From assembly GCA_001563335.1 (NCBI GenBank), contig LRSL01000086.1, positions 18,839 to 82,838 of the forward strand: a DNA stretch of 64,000 nucleotides, written 5' to 3'. The DNA is from Candidatus Thorarchaeota archaeon SMTZ1-45 (lineage in GTDB: Archaea; Asgardarchaeota; Thorarchaeia; Thorarchaeales; Thorarchaeaceae). The stretch's first letter is position 1. Every line of letters starts with the position of its first letter. The position numbers and the translations under genes were made by a program. Below the pieces are notes generated by a model. The model made no database searches and was not told where the DNA came from. It saw only the letters and a program-made list of their open reading frames with translations. Positions 9,720 to 20,508 of the stretch are shown piece by piece.

Positions 9720-10298
9720 ATGAAGCTCATGTATTATGGCGAGTGTGTGTGTCTCAGAGCACTTGAATTAGAGGACCTCGACGATATTTTGAAGCACTGG
9801 AACAACCTAGAGCTTCGTCAATATCTAAGCAGTCAGACCCCAATGTCCAGACAAGCTGAACGTCAGTGGCTGGAACGCGCGACTACTTTAGATCCTTGGC
9901 GAGATGGAGGAATGACTCTTGCTATTGAGGATAAGAAAACCAAAGAGTTTCTAGGGACTGTTAGTTTATTCACCATTTCCTCACAACACAAAGCAGCAGA
10001 GTTTGGAATTGCAATACATAACCCGGAGAATCTTAGTAAAGGCTATGGTACGGATGCAACTCGTGTTATGCTATGGATAGCTTTCCACATTCTAGGTCTT
10101 AATAGCGTTTTTCTCAGAACTCTGGATAGTAATAAACGTGCACAGAAAGCCTATGAGAAAGCAGGTTTCAAAAATGCAGGAGTGACTAGGCAAGGGGCGT
10201 TTGTCAAAGGAACTTTCCACGACGCCATCATAATGGACATCCTCAAGGAAGAGTTTCTCAAGGTATATCCTCCTGGTACTGAAGTTGGAAAACCCTAA
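9720..10298 (+). CDS. RimJ/RimL-type GNAT acetyltransferase
   Basis: LRALELEDL, AEFGIAI, KGYGTDA, N.RA.KAYEKAGF. Start is probably at M(9720) or M(9729) rather than 9657. Confidence 0.88.
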   Translation: MKLMYYGECVCLRALELEDLDDILKHWNNLELRQYLSSQTPMSRQAERQWLERATTLDPWRDGGMTLAIEDKKTKEFLGTVSLFTISSQHKAAEFGIAIHNPENLSKGYGTDATRVMLWIAFHILGLNSVFLRTLDSNKRAQKAYEKAGFKNAGVTRQGAFVKGTFHDAIIMDILKEEFLKVYPPGTEVGKP

Positions 10299-10389
10299 TT
10301 TAATCAACTAATGAAACACAACAATCAAAAAGAGGTCGAGACGTCAAGCCGCCTAATAATCTCCACAATTTCAGAAGGAGACAATACTA

Positions 10390-12393
10390 ATGTCTGAGTC
10401 AACCCTCCAAGAACGTTCAATCAATACAATCCGCTTCTTGTCCGCAGATGCTGTTCAAAAGGCTAATTCTGGACACCCTGGAATGCCAATGGGTGCTGCT
10501 GCGATGGCATACGCTCTATGGACTCGACATCTTCGTTTTAACCCAAAAAACCCAGACTGGTGGGACCGTGATCGTTTCATCCTCTCTGGAGGTCATGGGT
10601 CAATGCTACTTTATTCCTTACTATACCTGACCGGTTACGACGTCAGCATGGAGGACATCAAGGATTTCAGACAACTGGGTTGCAAGACTCCAGGGCATCC
10701 AGAGAATTTCTGCACTCCAGGGGTTGAGGTGACCACTGGACCACTTGGCCAAGGATTGGCAAATTCAGTGGGGATGGCAATCGCTGAGGCCCACCTAGCA
10801 GCTGTTTTCAACCGAGCTGGCTACAAGATAATTGACCATTTCATCTATACCATCGTTACTGATGGCGACCTAATGGAGGGGCTCTCATCTGAGGCAGCAT
10901 CTCTTGCAGGACACCTTCGTTTGGGGAAGCTAATCCTTCTGTATGATGACAACCTCATCTCAATTGATGGAAGCACAAATCTTACATTTACTGAGGATAG
11001 AGGAGCGAGATTCGAAGCATTTGGATGGCATGTACAACATGTAAACGATGGTAACGATGTTGATGCTGTGGATAGGGCAATTGAGAGAGCAAAGAATGAT
11101 CCACGTCCATCACTGATACTCTGTAGGACACATATTGGGTATGGATTACCAAACAAACAGGACACAGAGAAAGCACATGGCGAGCCAGCAGGTGAGGAGG
11201 AATTGGCTGGTGCCAAGAGGAAACTTGGTTGGCCACTTGAATCAAAGTTCTATGTTCCTGATGATGTCTTGGAATACTATCGAAATATAGGAGAAGAAGG
11301 CGCAGAAAAAGAGAGAGCATGGAATAAACGATTTGACTCTTATAGCAAGGCATATCCTGAACTAGCAGCTGAACTTGAAAGAAGAATGAAAGGTCAACTC
11401 GTAGAGGGTTGGGATAGCGATTTACCTACTTTTGATGTAGATGATGGCCCTCTTGCAACTCGAGTTGCTTCTGGAAAGGTCATCAATGCCCTCGCACTGA
11501 AGCTTCCAGAGATGATTGGAGGCTCAGCAGATCTGACTCCATCAAACAAGACATGGATTAACAATAGCCCATCATTCCAAGCGGATTCACCAGAGGGCAG
11601 AAATATTCACTATGGTGTCCGTGAGCATACTATGGGTGCAGCTGTTAATGGAATGGCAGCTCATGGAGGAATAATCCCATTCAGTGGAACGTTTCTCATG
11701 TTCTCAGATTACATGCGTCCATCAATCCGATTATCAGCCTTATCCAAACATCGAAGTATCTGGGTTTTTACACATGATAGCATTGGTGTTGGAGAGGATG
11801 GACCTACTCACCAACCAGTAGAGCATCTGGCATCACTAAGAACTATTCCAGGACTTGTTGTGATTCGTCCTGGAGATGCCAATGAAGTGGTGGAAGCTTG
11901 GAGAATATCTATTGAGCGGAGCCAAGGTCCAACCCTTATGGCATTTACACGACAGAATGTTCCTATCCTAAATCGGAATAAATACGCACCAGCAACTGGT
12001 CTGAGAAAGGGGGCATATGTACTTGTAGACCTAGGAAATACACCAGAGATTATTCTTATGGCAACGGGATCTGAGGTTCCATTGATTGTTCAAGCTGGGG
12101 AGGAACTGTACGATGAGGGAATTAGTGTACGACTTGTTTCATTCCCAAGCTGGGAGTTATTTGAGAGTCAGAATAAAGAATATCGTGATTCCGTTCTGTT
12201 ACCCAGTGTAAAGAAAAGACTAGCTGTCGAAGCAGGAGTTTCACAAGGATGGAAAAAATGGGTAGGAGATGATGGAGACATTATATCAGTTGATAAATTC
12301 GGAAAATCAGCTCCTTCAAAGGTGATATTTGAGGCATATGGATTCACAGTAGAGAACATCCTTGATAGAGCGCGAAAACTACTTGAAAAATGA
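10390..12393 (+). CDS. tkt: Transketolase (single-chain, bacterial type)
   Basis: [42 protein letters not shown] motif, [16 protein letters not shown]. Confidence 0.97.
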   Translation: MSESTLQERSINTIRFLSADAVQKANSGHPGMPMGAAAMAYALWTRHLRFNPKNPDWWDRDRFILSGGHGSMLLYSLLYLTGYDVSMEDIKDFRQLGCKTPGHPENFCTPGVEVTTGPLGQGLANSVGMAIAEAHLAAVFNRAGYKIIDHFIYTIVTDGDLMEGLSSEAASLAGHLRLGKLILLYDDNLISIDGSTNLTFTEDRGARFEAFGWHVQHVNDGNDVDAVDRAIERAKNDPRPSLILCRTHIGYGLPNKQDTEKAHGEPAGEEELAGAKRKLGWPLESKFYVPDDVLEYYRNIGEEGAEKERAWNKRFDSYSKAYPELAAELERRMKGQLVEGWDSDLPTFDVDDGPLATRVASGKVINALALKLPEMIGGSADLTPSNKTWINNSPSFQADSPEGRNIHYGVREHTMGAAVNGMAAHGGIIPFSGTFLMFSDYMRPSIRLSALSKHRSIWVFTHDSIGVGEDGPTHQPVEHLASLRTIPGLVVIRPGDANEVVEAWRISIERSQGPTLMAFTRQNVPILNRNKYAPATGLRKGAYVLVDLGNTPEIILMATGSEVPLIVQAGEELYDEGISVRLVSFPSWELFESQNKEYRDSVLLPSVKKRLAVEAGVSQGWKKWVGDDGDIISVDKFGKSAPSKVIFEAYGFTVENILDRARKLLEK

Positions 12394-12446
12394 TCAAGTC
12401 TTTCAAAGGATTTCAAGTTTTCATAAACCTTTAAACATGAGAATAA

Positions 12447-13484
12447 GTGTTTATAGGCCTTCTTATTATACCGTTGTCCCTTTTCTGTTCAACACTCCCT
12501 ATAAATACTAAATTCTGGGTATATCTTGGTGATTCAGTGAATATCTATCAAAAAACATCACTTGCACTCTTTGCCCTCTTGTTGATAGGGATTGGAGTGC
12601 CACTTGCAGCCGCGCAGAGCACGGGAATTCTATACCAGTATTCCGCTGGCATTGCGTCACTTGAAACAGATGACATCGCTATCAAAGTCACAGGGAATGA
12701 TCAAGCCCCACACTTTCATTGGTGGGACCCTAACAATCCGACTGTAGACTATCATGTCATGTTTGTCAGAATGTTTGAAGCGAATGACACCGATTCAAAC
12801 GGAATCTTTGACAATGGAACTGACATTATGATTGGCGCTCCATTTGTCCTACCTACAACAGGTTGGGGTTTCAGTGACTTTGAAACAGTCGAGGAAGATG
12901 GAAATATTACTGAGGTGCATTTCAACTTCACAACTGAAGCTACCTTTGACCCTCGTCCAGAAGGCACAGGGGTGGACTATGGAAATCTACCAAGTCTACC
13001 AGAGTTCGATTTGGAGATTGAGGTCAGGATACACATGTATCTTGAGAGTCCAGGCGAGTTCAAATTTGACCTTATAGTCGACGGTTGGAGCTGGACCTAT
13101 GAGGACTCTCTCCTAGTTCTCATGTTCACAGTGACTGAGAGTACCCATGGGCAATCTCATGGTGATACTGATCCGTCAGGATTCCATAGAACAGGAACTA
13201 AGTTCCAGTTCGAGAACGGGTACTTCGAGTATAATGAAACCGCTCTTGCAGCCAACAACACACTGCAGGTTAGAGCCAGTTATGGTGACGCTCCAGGAGC
13301 GTATTCAGGGAATGCTGTCTATCTCTCCTTTGAGAACTTTGGTAACGAAACTCTAGAGTACGATCCAATACTTGGTGTTCTTTCCCCCGTACCAGGGCTT
13401 GTCCTTGATCCAATGACTCTTGGACTTGTGGCTGGAGCTGCAGTCATAGTTATCTTGGCTGTTGTTCTAGTCAGGAGAAAGTAG
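12447..13484 (+). CDS. Secreted beta-rich protein with C-terminal membrane anchor
   Basis: Signal-like segment ending AAAQ (start probably GTG near 12537), acidic beta-rich body, YDP motif, TM helix followed by RRK. Confidence 0.75.
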   Translation: MFIGLLIIPLSLFCSTLPINTKFWVYLGDSVNIYQKTSLALFALLLIGIGVPLAAAQSTGILYQYSAGIASLETDDIAIKVTGNDQAPHFHWWDPNNPTVDYHVMFVRMFEANDTDSNGIFDNGTDIMIGAPFVLPTTGWGFSDFETVEEDGNITEVHFNFTTEATFDPRPEGTGVDYGNLPSLPEFDLEIEVRIHMYLESPGEFKFDLIVDGWSWTYEDSLLVLMFTVTESTHGQSHGDTDPSGFHRTGTKFQFENGYFEYNETALAANNTLQVRASYGDAPGAYSGNAVYLSFENFGNETLEYDPILGVLSPVPGLVLDPMTLGLVAGAAVIVILAVVLVRRK

Positions 13485-13491
13485 TACATCA

Positions 13492-13516
13492 GAGGAAGCG
13501 GCCAGTCTGCTTCCTC
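13492..13516 (+). terminator. Hairpin plus T-tract
   Basis: gaggaagcgg-ccagt-ctgcttcctc followed by ctctttttgttgtttt. Confidence 0.55.
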
Positions 13517-13551
13517 AAACCTCTTTTTGTTGTTTTAATTTCATTGGAAAG

Positions 13552-13854
13552 TTAGTTCTTCCTTTTCAGCTTTAGCAACTTGACCAGCATCACATAGTGC
13601 TTGCGAATTGTCGTTTTAGAAACGCCAATCATGTCAGTCAATGATTATTGAGTGATTGGATCCTAAGTCAGAATTGCAGCAATGTAGATTGCTGCCCCTA
13701 TTATCCCACTAGCATTCAGTTCAGTGAGAATCTCCTTTGTTCTCTCATCATCCAGAATGGTTAAACACCTTATCCGGGTCTGTTCAGGAAGACAAAGTTC
13801 GGTAAGAACTTGCCTCGCTGATTGATTAATTCTTTCAAAGTTAAGTTCAGTCAT
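13552..13854 (-). pseudogene. Stand-alone TFB C-terminal cyclin/HTH domain gene with two in-frame stops
   Basis: Read-through gives GIIGAAIYIAAILT*DPITQ*SLTDMIGVSKTTIRKHYVMLVKLL. This aligns to [45 protein letters not shown] of the TFB at 43165-44166. Confidence 0.75.
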
Positions 13855-13951
13855 AGATAAACCTCTCAGGTTTAGTATATAATATGCGTGAAAAAACAGG
13901 CTCTAAGCTTGTTATATAAGGCGAAAGATTTCACAGACCGAAAGGCTTAAT

Positions 13952-13989
13952 TAGTTAGGTGCCGAACTAGTTGATTAGGGTCCGAACTA
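13952..13989 (+). promoter_or_regulatory. Tandem palindromic operator, likely for the downstream MarR
   Basis: tagttaggtgccgaacta (13952-13969) and tgattagggtccgaacta (13972-13989), just after a TATA-like cttaatt. Confidence 0.65.
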
Positions 13990-14474
13990 ATAGGAGGCTG
14001 TCTGTGTTGGATGAACCTGAAATCAGAGAGATGTGTCTGAATCTTCTAGATACTGGGTGGCCAGCGTATCTGACAACAATTGATGATGGGGGATTTCCTC
14101 AAACACGTGCAATGTTCAATCTAAGGAATAAGGAGAGGTTTCCCAAGCTCATACCAATCTTTGATGGACACAGTTCAGACTTTATGATTCTCTTCTCAAC
14201 AAATACATCATCAACAAAGGTAAGAGACATCAGGAGAAACGGTGCTGTTTCAGTTTATTATTGCAATCCTGAGAACTGGTGTGGAGTCATGTTTGGTGGA
14301 AACATTGAGATTGTTCAGGACTCCGAGCTGAAAAAAGCAATTTGGCATGAGGGGTGGGAACGGTATTACGCTGGAGGTTATGATGATCCAGATCATACTC
14401 TTCTAAGACTCATACCCACTACAGCTCGTGGATGGACTGGGAGTTCAACTTTCAAAATTGACTTAGGTGATTAG
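13971..14474 (+). CDS. Pyridoxamine 5'-phosphate oxidase-like (general stress protein 26) FMN-binding protein
   Basis: LTTIDDGGFPQTRAM, STNTSSTKV, DPD..LL. True start is probably GTG/TTG near 14004 after GGAGG. Confidence 0.85.
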   Translation: MIRVRTNRRLSVLDEPEIREMCLNLLDTGWPAYLTTIDDGGFPQTRAMFNLRNKERFPKLIPIFDGHSSDFMILFSTNTSSTKVRDIRRNGAVSVYYCNPENWCGVMFGGNIEIVQDSELKKAIWHEGWERYYAGGYDDPDHTLLRLIPTTARGWTGSSTFKIDLGD

Positions 14475-14476
14475 AA

Positions 14477-14929
14477 ATGATGTCACAACGAGAGGGTGGA
14501 TTCTTAATTACCCAGATTCATCATCTGGGGAGAAGAGTGTTTGCAGAGCTACTGAAAAAACGTGACATTGAGATTAGTCCTGGACAAGGACGGATTCTGT
14601 TTTCACTCTGGAAAAAGGACGAAGTGCCTATCAATGTCCTCGCTAAACGAACTCTTCTGCGAAAGTCAACATTGAGCGAGCTGCTAGATAATCTTGAAGC
14701 TGCAGGACATATCAAGCGTGTTCAGTCAGAGGAGGATAAGAGAAAGACTTTGATTCGATTGACTGAAACATCTAGAAGTCTTGAGAGAATGTACATAGAG
14801 GTCTCCGTCGAAATGACAAATCTGTTCTATAAAGGATTTACACCTGAAGAAATAGACCTGTTTGAGAAGTACCTCCGTAGAGTATTGGATAACTTGGTTG
14901 ATGTGGAGTCAAGTGAGGTTGGAGAATAG
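14477..14929 (+). CDS. MarR-family transcriptional regulator
   Basis: QGRILFSLW, KSTLSELLDNLEAAGHIKR, DKRKTLIRLT. Confidence 0.9.
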   Translation: MMSQREGGFLITQIHHLGRRVFAELLKKRDIEISPGQGRILFSLWKKDEVPINVLAKRTLLRKSTLSELLDNLEAAGHIKRVQSEEDKRKTLIRLTETSRSLERMYIEVSVEMTNLFYKGFTPEEIDLFEKYLRRVLDNLVDVESSEVGE

Positions 14930-14954
14930 AAAAGGGTCCATTAATGCGATTGAT

Positions 14955-16439
14955 CTAATTGAATCTACGCTTGATGATGAGAATAGACATCACTAGAGCA
15001 AAACCTAAGGTAACACCCATAGTCAAGGAAAGCAGATAGGTATCATTTGATGATTCCCATGGAGTATAGGTGGGGCTTGTTAGATTTGTAGTGATGCTGT
15101 GAGTAGTTGTTGGACCTGTTGGAGAAGTTGTTGTTGAGGTTGCTGTTGAAGAAATTTGAAAATTGATTGGCAACGGAGGTTGAACATCCATGTTTTCTTG
15201 TGTGAATATTTCGGAGGTATAATTGTCCATTACCTCGACAAAAGCACTGATAGTTTCCTTGATTTGACTATCTGAAAGCATCTCAGGCACCGAGGTCATT
15301 AGCTGTTCATATGCATTCACTGTGAAGTCTTCAGCAAAGAACGCAAACTTCTGCACTTCTCTTACGCGTTCGGGAAACAGTAACCACGAAATAGAATTAG
15401 AGTAACGGGCTCTAGCAGATTGGTACTTTTCTTGCGTATGAAGCCAAAGGTCCTCAATACTCTCAGGAATAAATTCAGCATACACCATTGAGGGCACAAA
15501 TACTCCAACAATTGGATTTGAGCCACATGCAGTCCACATACAGTTCAAGATCCCATCATATCTTTCGTCCCCACTCACAGCAACCATTGTAGCTACAGTG
15601 TTAGGATTACATGCTTCACCGTCTATGGAGAAGTTTGCAGTTCCAAGCTCCTTATGGTGCACATAACGTGACACGTTCTGCATTACATGCTTTGGAGAGA
15701 TGTATCCATTCATACTATATACCTCATCAAGCGCATCTAGAAGATACTGGTCTCTGCCATTAGGTCCACTTGCTGCTCCTGGAAAGATACGAGGATGATT
15801 TGCACGGGTGTCATATCCATTTATCACATACTGAACATACGCTTTCGTGTTGCTAATTTCAAAGAAAGCCCCTACCCCAAATCGATCTATAACTCCGACA
15901 CAAGTAGCTATATTTCCAAGAGATGCTCGATAGACAGGACCAATTATAGAGTAGCTGTTATTTAATGCATGAGCTACGTCTGATACTGACTCAAACAGCT
16001 CTAATATTCTTTGATTTAGCAGTACGTTGCCTGTTATTGGTTCTGAACCAGCCAGTGCTGGTAAGTATGTATTCATCACTGCTAGACCTTTCTCATTAAT
16101 TCCCATTGTATTTGTATTTACACCAACGTATGCATAGGTATTTGCAGTTGCAGGAGTATAGACTGGAATATTCATTCGTTCATCAATAAGGTCCCGATTT
16201 TTCATTAAGATTGCACGACCATCTCTTGTGGCATTTCCTGTTACAATCACAGAGCTACATGCCTGATTTTGGTCTTCTGTATAGTTTATTGGGAAACTGG
16301 TTGGTAGTACTGAGTGAGTTTCCTCACAGATCAAATCTTGTTTATAATCGAGTGATATTTCATTGATGCTCGATGTTGAAACTAAAACTATAAACAGTAT
16401 ACAAAGTAGAATGTTTGCGTTTCTTTTATAGCCATTCAT
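14955..16439 (-). CDS. Membrane-anchored Ntn-hydrolase (C45/C69-like peptidase)
   Basis: Signal peptide, ACSSVIVTG..T.DGR.ILMKNRD, GINEKGL, Thr-rich linker, C-terminal TM helix. Confidence 0.78.
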   Translation of the reverse strand: MNGYKRNANILLCILFIVLVSTSSINEISLDYKQDLICEETHSVLPTSFPINYTEDQNQACSSVIVTGNATRDGRAILMKNRDLIDERMNIPVYTPATANTYAYVGVNTNTMGINEKGLAVMNTYLPALAGSEPITGNVLLNQRILELFESVSDVAHALNNSYSIIGPVYRASLGNIATCVGVIDRFGVGAFFEISNTKAYVQYVINGYDTRANHPRIFPGAASGPNGRDQYLLDALDEVYSMNGYISPKHVMQNVSRYVHHKELGTANFSIDGEACNPNTVATMVAVSGDERYDGILNCMWTACGSNPIVGVFVPSMVYAEFIPESIEDLWLHTQEKYQSARARYSNSISWLLFPERVREVQKFAFFAEDFTVNAYEQLMTSVPEMLSDSQIKETISAFVEVMDNYTSEIFTQENMDVQPPLPINFQISSTATSTTTSPTGPTTTHSITTNLTSPTYTPWESSNDTYLLSLTMGVTLGFALVMSILIIKRRFN

Positions 16440-16548
16440 AGCCCATCAGTTTCCTCATTGCATTATTCACAATTAGAGAATAAAAAAGAGGCTTCTGACG
16501 CAATTTTGACAGCCACTAATAAAAGGAGATGGCATCTTTAATCATATT

Positions 16549-17340
16549 ATGGCATACAATATACGACATCTGACAGATGATTTAGTTGACGATGTGGTTA
16601 ATATTCTTGCTAAGAATTCATTATCAAACATCACGCTGATTGCTGATTGTACTCAACTTAGAGAGTGGTGTGATGTTCGAGTATTGATACACGATGACCA
16701 AATCAATGCGATTTTCTCATTCTACAGTGATTTGGATTTCTTGGCAACAGCGTTTTGGTGCAGAGATGTCGGATCACTGCAAAAATTAATGGCAGATTAT
16801 TCAGAAGAATTGGGAAACAAAGAGTTCATTGCAATCTGCACAAAGGAGCAGCTAGACCAGTTCGAAAAAGTCTGCGTTGTTCTAAAACCAATCAGAGAAA
16901 GGCAAATGATTGCTGACAGAACCACAGAATTGCATTGCGAGTGTAAATCAACACCAATCAGACTATCTATGAAAGATGCTGAGAAGCTCAAAGAATTGTA
17001 TAGACTCAGTGGTACGCCAGCATGGACCCCTAATGCCATGACCTTGGGACCTTTCTACGGGGTTGTAGATGATGATGAAATGATATCAGTTGCTGGCATT
17101 CATTATGTTACTCCCTATGGAGCAGAGATAGGTAATATTGCCACACACCCTAATCACCGACGGAAGGGATTCGCAGCCGCTTGTATCAAGGCAGTTGTCG
17201 AAGAAGTTTTGGAGAATTCCGAATTGGCAATTCTCCATTATTTTGCTGATAATCTTCCAGCTCAGAATTTGTATGAGAGAATGGGATTTAGGTACTCAAA
17301 GGCTGATCCTGTGTACTTTGTTCGAGCTGCCTGCAAGTAA
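16549..17340 (+). CDS. GNAT acetyltransferase (FR47-like)
   Basis: EIGNIATHPNHRRKGFA; NLPAQNLYERMGF. Confidence 0.87.
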   Translation: MAYNIRHLTDDLVDDVVNILAKNSLSNITLIADCTQLREWCDVRVLIHDDQINAIFSFYSDLDFLATAFWCRDVGSLQKLMADYSEELGNKEFIAICTKEQLDQFEKVCVVLKPIRERQMIADRTTELHCECKSTPIRLSMKDAEKLKELYRLSGTPAWTPNAMTLGPFYGVVDDDEMISVAGIHYVTPYGAEIGNIATHPNHRRKGFAAACIKAVVEEVLENSELAILHYFADNLPAQNLYERMGFRYSKADPVYFVRAACK

Positions 17341-17367
17341 TAATTAGTTAGCATTTGACAATACTCT

Positions 17368-17393
17368 AAGAGATGGACGAGAGTCTATCTCTT
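17368..17393 (+). terminator. Hairpin with GAGA tetraloop
   Basis: aagagatggac-gaga-gtctatctctt, just downstream of the GNAT stop. Confidence 0.45.
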
Positions 17394-17492
17394 CAGTGAT
17401 AAGATAAAGAGAGTCAAATATAGAAGGGGGGCTTATAGGAATATAAGCAGTTCAACTTGTGAGAGAGAATCCGCCGGTGAGGAGATAATAAG

Positions 17493-20400
17493 TTGAAAGT
17501 TGAGAAACGTGATAAGAGAATAGTGGAGTTCGATGATTCCAAGATTGAGGCGGCTATAACAAAGGCATTTGAATCGATCAATGCGGACACAGGTCCTGTA
17601 CGTGGTCTAACAAAGGAAGTCGTTCAGATAATTCACGAGAAGGAAAGAGATGTCATCCATATTGAGGAGATACAAGACATTGTTGAAGACACTCTGATGC
17701 TCAGAGGTTTCACAGAGATTGCTCGACGCTATATGAAATACCGAGAGAAGCACAATGAGGCTCGGAAGATACTCCAGATGATGGGAGTTGTTGATGACCT
17801 CAAGTTTGGGCCTAATGCAGCAACCGTCCTCTCGAGATATCTTCTGAAGGATGAGGAGGGAAATCCAACAGAAACCCCATCACAGCTCTTTCGTAGAGTT
17901 TCAGGAGCTGTGGCGAGTATCGAAAAGAAGTATGACAAGAATGCTGATGTGAGGGAATATGACGATCTCTTCTATTACATGATGGCAAACCTTGAGTTTC
18001 TACCAAACAGTCCGACTCTCTTCAATGCAGGTACAGAGATAGGCCAGTGCAGTGCCTGTTTTGTACTACCTATTGAGGACAACATGGACTCAATATTTAC
18101 TTCACTCAAACATATGGCTGTGGTTCAGAAATCAGGCGGTGGTACGGGGTTCTCATTTTCAAGATTAAGACCAGTAGGATCAACCGTTGGAACCACTGGG
18201 GGAGTGGCTAGCGGTCCAATCTCTTTCATGAGAGTATACGACACTGCAACAGAGATCATCAAGCAGGGTGGACGTCGCAGAGGAGCAAATATGGCCATAC
18301 TCAGATGCGATCATCCAGACATAATGGAATTTATAGCTTGTAAGTCCGATAAGCAGACCTTTAGAAATTTCAACATCTCGGTTGCATTAACGAGTGAGTT
18401 CATTAATGCCCTACAGGGTGACAAAGAAATCAACCTTGTTGCACCTCATAATGGCGTAAAAATTCAGAGTATACGAGCAAGAGTGATTTTCGACGCGATT
18501 GTATATAATGCATGGAGTACAGGAGATCCAGGAATAGTCTTCATCGACCGTATTAATGATGAACATCCACTAGGTGGCGAGCTGATAGAATCAACAAATC
18601 CATGCGTATCCGGAAATACTATAGTAAGTACAGATGTTGGTCTGTTGAGTATTCAAGATGTACCTGGGGTGATAAAGACTGCAAAGAAACTTGTTTATTG
18701 TCTTAAGACCAAAGAGGGATACCAAGTCAAAGTCACAAATGATCATCGAATACTAACGACAACAGGGTGGAAGCAAGCTGGAGATTTGAGTAAAGGTGAT
18801 TTTATTTGCCTTCAGAGTACAGAAGGAGGATTTGGTAAAACAGGGAATCTTAGAATTGGTCAAATTCTTGGGTGGTATGTTGGTGATGGTTGGAATACAG
18901 GAACTGACCAACGTGCTACTCTTGCTTTCTATGGCGATGATAAAGGTAAGTTAGCTCAGTACTTCTGTGATATTGTAAATGAGGAGCTTGAGTCCGACTT
19001 AGTGGTCATTAAAAGCAAGAATCGTGAGGAAGTTAGATCAAGAAGAATCTTGAATCTAGTTCAAGAGTGGGGGATGGAATCAAAGGAGATATCAAATCCA
19101 ATTCTCTCTTCATCTGCTGATTGCCAAAGAGGTTTCCTACAAGGGTTATTCACTGCAGACGGTTCGATTCAGGGAAAGCCTGAGAAAGGAATCTCAGTGC
19201 GACTATCGCAAAGTAATCTGGACAGTCTTCGTAGTGTACAGATTATGTTGTTGAATTTCGGTATTGCTTCGAAAATCTATGATAATCGTCGACGAGAACA
19301 AATGCGATTATTACCTGATAGTAAAGGGGAACCAAAACACTACAAGACTAAGGCAAATCATGAGCTTGTCATATCAAAGGAGAATATTGTGAAATTCCGT
19401 GATCAAATCGGTTTTCTGTTAGAGTACAAACAGAGTCGTTTAGTCAAAGGTCTTGATTCATTGAGTATCCGTGGGCCATATAAGGAGAATTTTCTGGCTC
19501 GGTTTGAATCACTCACACCTCAATTGGAGGAAGATGTCTTTGACATTGTTGGTACTCCACATTGTGGATTTGTGGGGAATGGGATTGTTGTGCATAATTG
19601 TGGTGAACAACCCCTGATGCCCTATGAGTCATGCGTCTTGGGAAGCATCAACCTCTCACGAATGGTCAAAGATGGAGAGATCGATTGGTCAAGACTTGAA
19701 GAGGTCGTAAAGCTCGCGGTTCGTTTTCTTGATAATATCATCGATTTAAACGTCTATCCAGTGCTTGAGATTGAACAGGTTACCAAAGCCAATAGGAAGA
19801 TTGGTTTAGGCATCATGGGATTTGCTGAGCTTCTTATTAAATTGAGAAATCCCTATGACTCAGAGAAGGGACTAGAAAAAGCCGAAGAGGTGATGTCATT
19901 CATTCGACAAAAGGCTGAGAGAGCATCAAGCGAACTTGCAAAGATTAGAGGTAATTTCGAGAACTTCGCACTCTTGAAAAAGCGTAATAGGTGGAAACGA
20001 AATGCATCTCTGATCACTGTTGCACCAACGGGCAGTATTAGTCTAATCGCACAAACAAGCAGTGGTATTGAACCATTATTTGCAATCGCTCACAGTCGTA
20101 TGCTTGCTGAGGGAATCCATCTGAGTGAAGTGAGTCCGCTATTCGAGAGAGTTGCAGTGGAAAGAGGTTTCTGGAATGACGAAATAGAGCATGAAGTCGC
20201 AAGATCAGGTTCGGTTCAACAAATTGATGGAGTTCCAGATGATATAAAACAGGTCTTCAAGGCAGCACATGAGATAAGTCCAGAATGGCATGTTAGAATG
20301 CAGGCGGCTTTTCAGAAGCATACTGATAATGCTGTAAGTAAAACTGTTAATCTGCCAAACAGTGCCACGACTGAAGATGTTGAGCAAATATTTTTGCTAG

Positions 20401-20498
20401 CTAATCAGTTGGGACTCAAGGGTACAACTGTATTTAGAGATGGATGTCTAGGCGGAGTTCAGGTCTTGTATCCAGGATGTCAAAATTGCGATTCCTAG
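17493..20498 (+). CDS. nrdJ: Class II (B12-dependent) ribonucleotide reductase with ATP cone and an intein
   Basis: ATP cone VEKRD, PNSPTLFNAG, ACFV, GGGTG, QGGRRRGANM, NP|CGEQ, VAPTGSIS, SKTVN, C-terminal CQNC. Confidence 0.95.
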   Translation: MKVEKRDKRIVEFDDSKIEAAITKAFESINADTGPVRGLTKEVVQIIHEKERDVIHIEEIQDIVEDTLMLRGFTEIARRYMKYREKHNEARKILQMMGVVDDLKFGPNAATVLSRYLLKDEEGNPTETPSQLFRRVSGAVASIEKKYDKNADVREYDDLFYYMMANLEFLPNSPTLFNAGTEIGQCSACFVLPIEDNMDSIFTSLKHMAVVQKSGGGTGFSFSRLRPVGSTVGTTGGVASGPISFMRVYDTATEIIKQGGRRRGANMAILRCDHPDIMEFIACKSDKQTFRNFNISVALTSEFINALQGDKEINLVAPHNGVKIQSIRARVIFDAIVYNAWSTGDPGIVFIDRINDEHPLGGELIESTNPCVSGNTIVSTDVGLLSIQDVPGVIKTAKKLVYCLKTKEGYQVKVTNDHRILTTTGWKQAGDLSKGDFICLQSTEGGFGKTGNLRIGQILGWYVGDGWNTGTDQRATLAFYGDDKGKLAQYFCDIVNEELESDLVVIKSKNREEVRSRRILNLVQEWGMESKEISNPILSSSADCQRGFLQGLFTADGSIQGKPEKGISVRLSQSNLDSLRSVQIMLLNFGIASKIYDNRRREQMRLLPDSKGEPKHYKTKANHELVISKENIVKFRDQIGFLLEYKQSRLVKGLDSLSIRGPYKENFLARFESLTPQLEEDVFDIVGTPHCGFVGNGIVVHNCGEQPLMPYESCVLGSINLSRMVKDGEIDWSRLEEVVKLAVRFLDNIIDLNVYPVLEIEQVTKANRKIGLGIMGFAELLIKLRNPYDSEKGLEKAEEVMSFIRQKAERASSELAKIRGNFENFALLKKRNRWKRNASLITVAPTGSISLIAQTSSGIEPLFAIAHSRMLAEGIHLSEVSPLFERVAVERGFWNDEIEHEVARSGSVQQIDGVPDDIKQVFKAAHEISPEWHVRMQAAFQKHTDNAVSKTVNLPNSATTEDVEQIFLLANQLGLKGTTVFRDGCLGGVQVLYPGCQNCDS
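18603..19598 (+). mobile_element. Intein with LAGLIDADG homing endonuclease (332 aa)
   Basis: Begins CVSGNT after ESTNP; block B TNDHRI; LAGLIDADG motifs LGWYVGDG and LQGLFTADG; ends VVHN followed by C+1 of CGEQP. Confidence 0.93.
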
Positions 20499-20508
20499 AG
20501 ACCATTGC

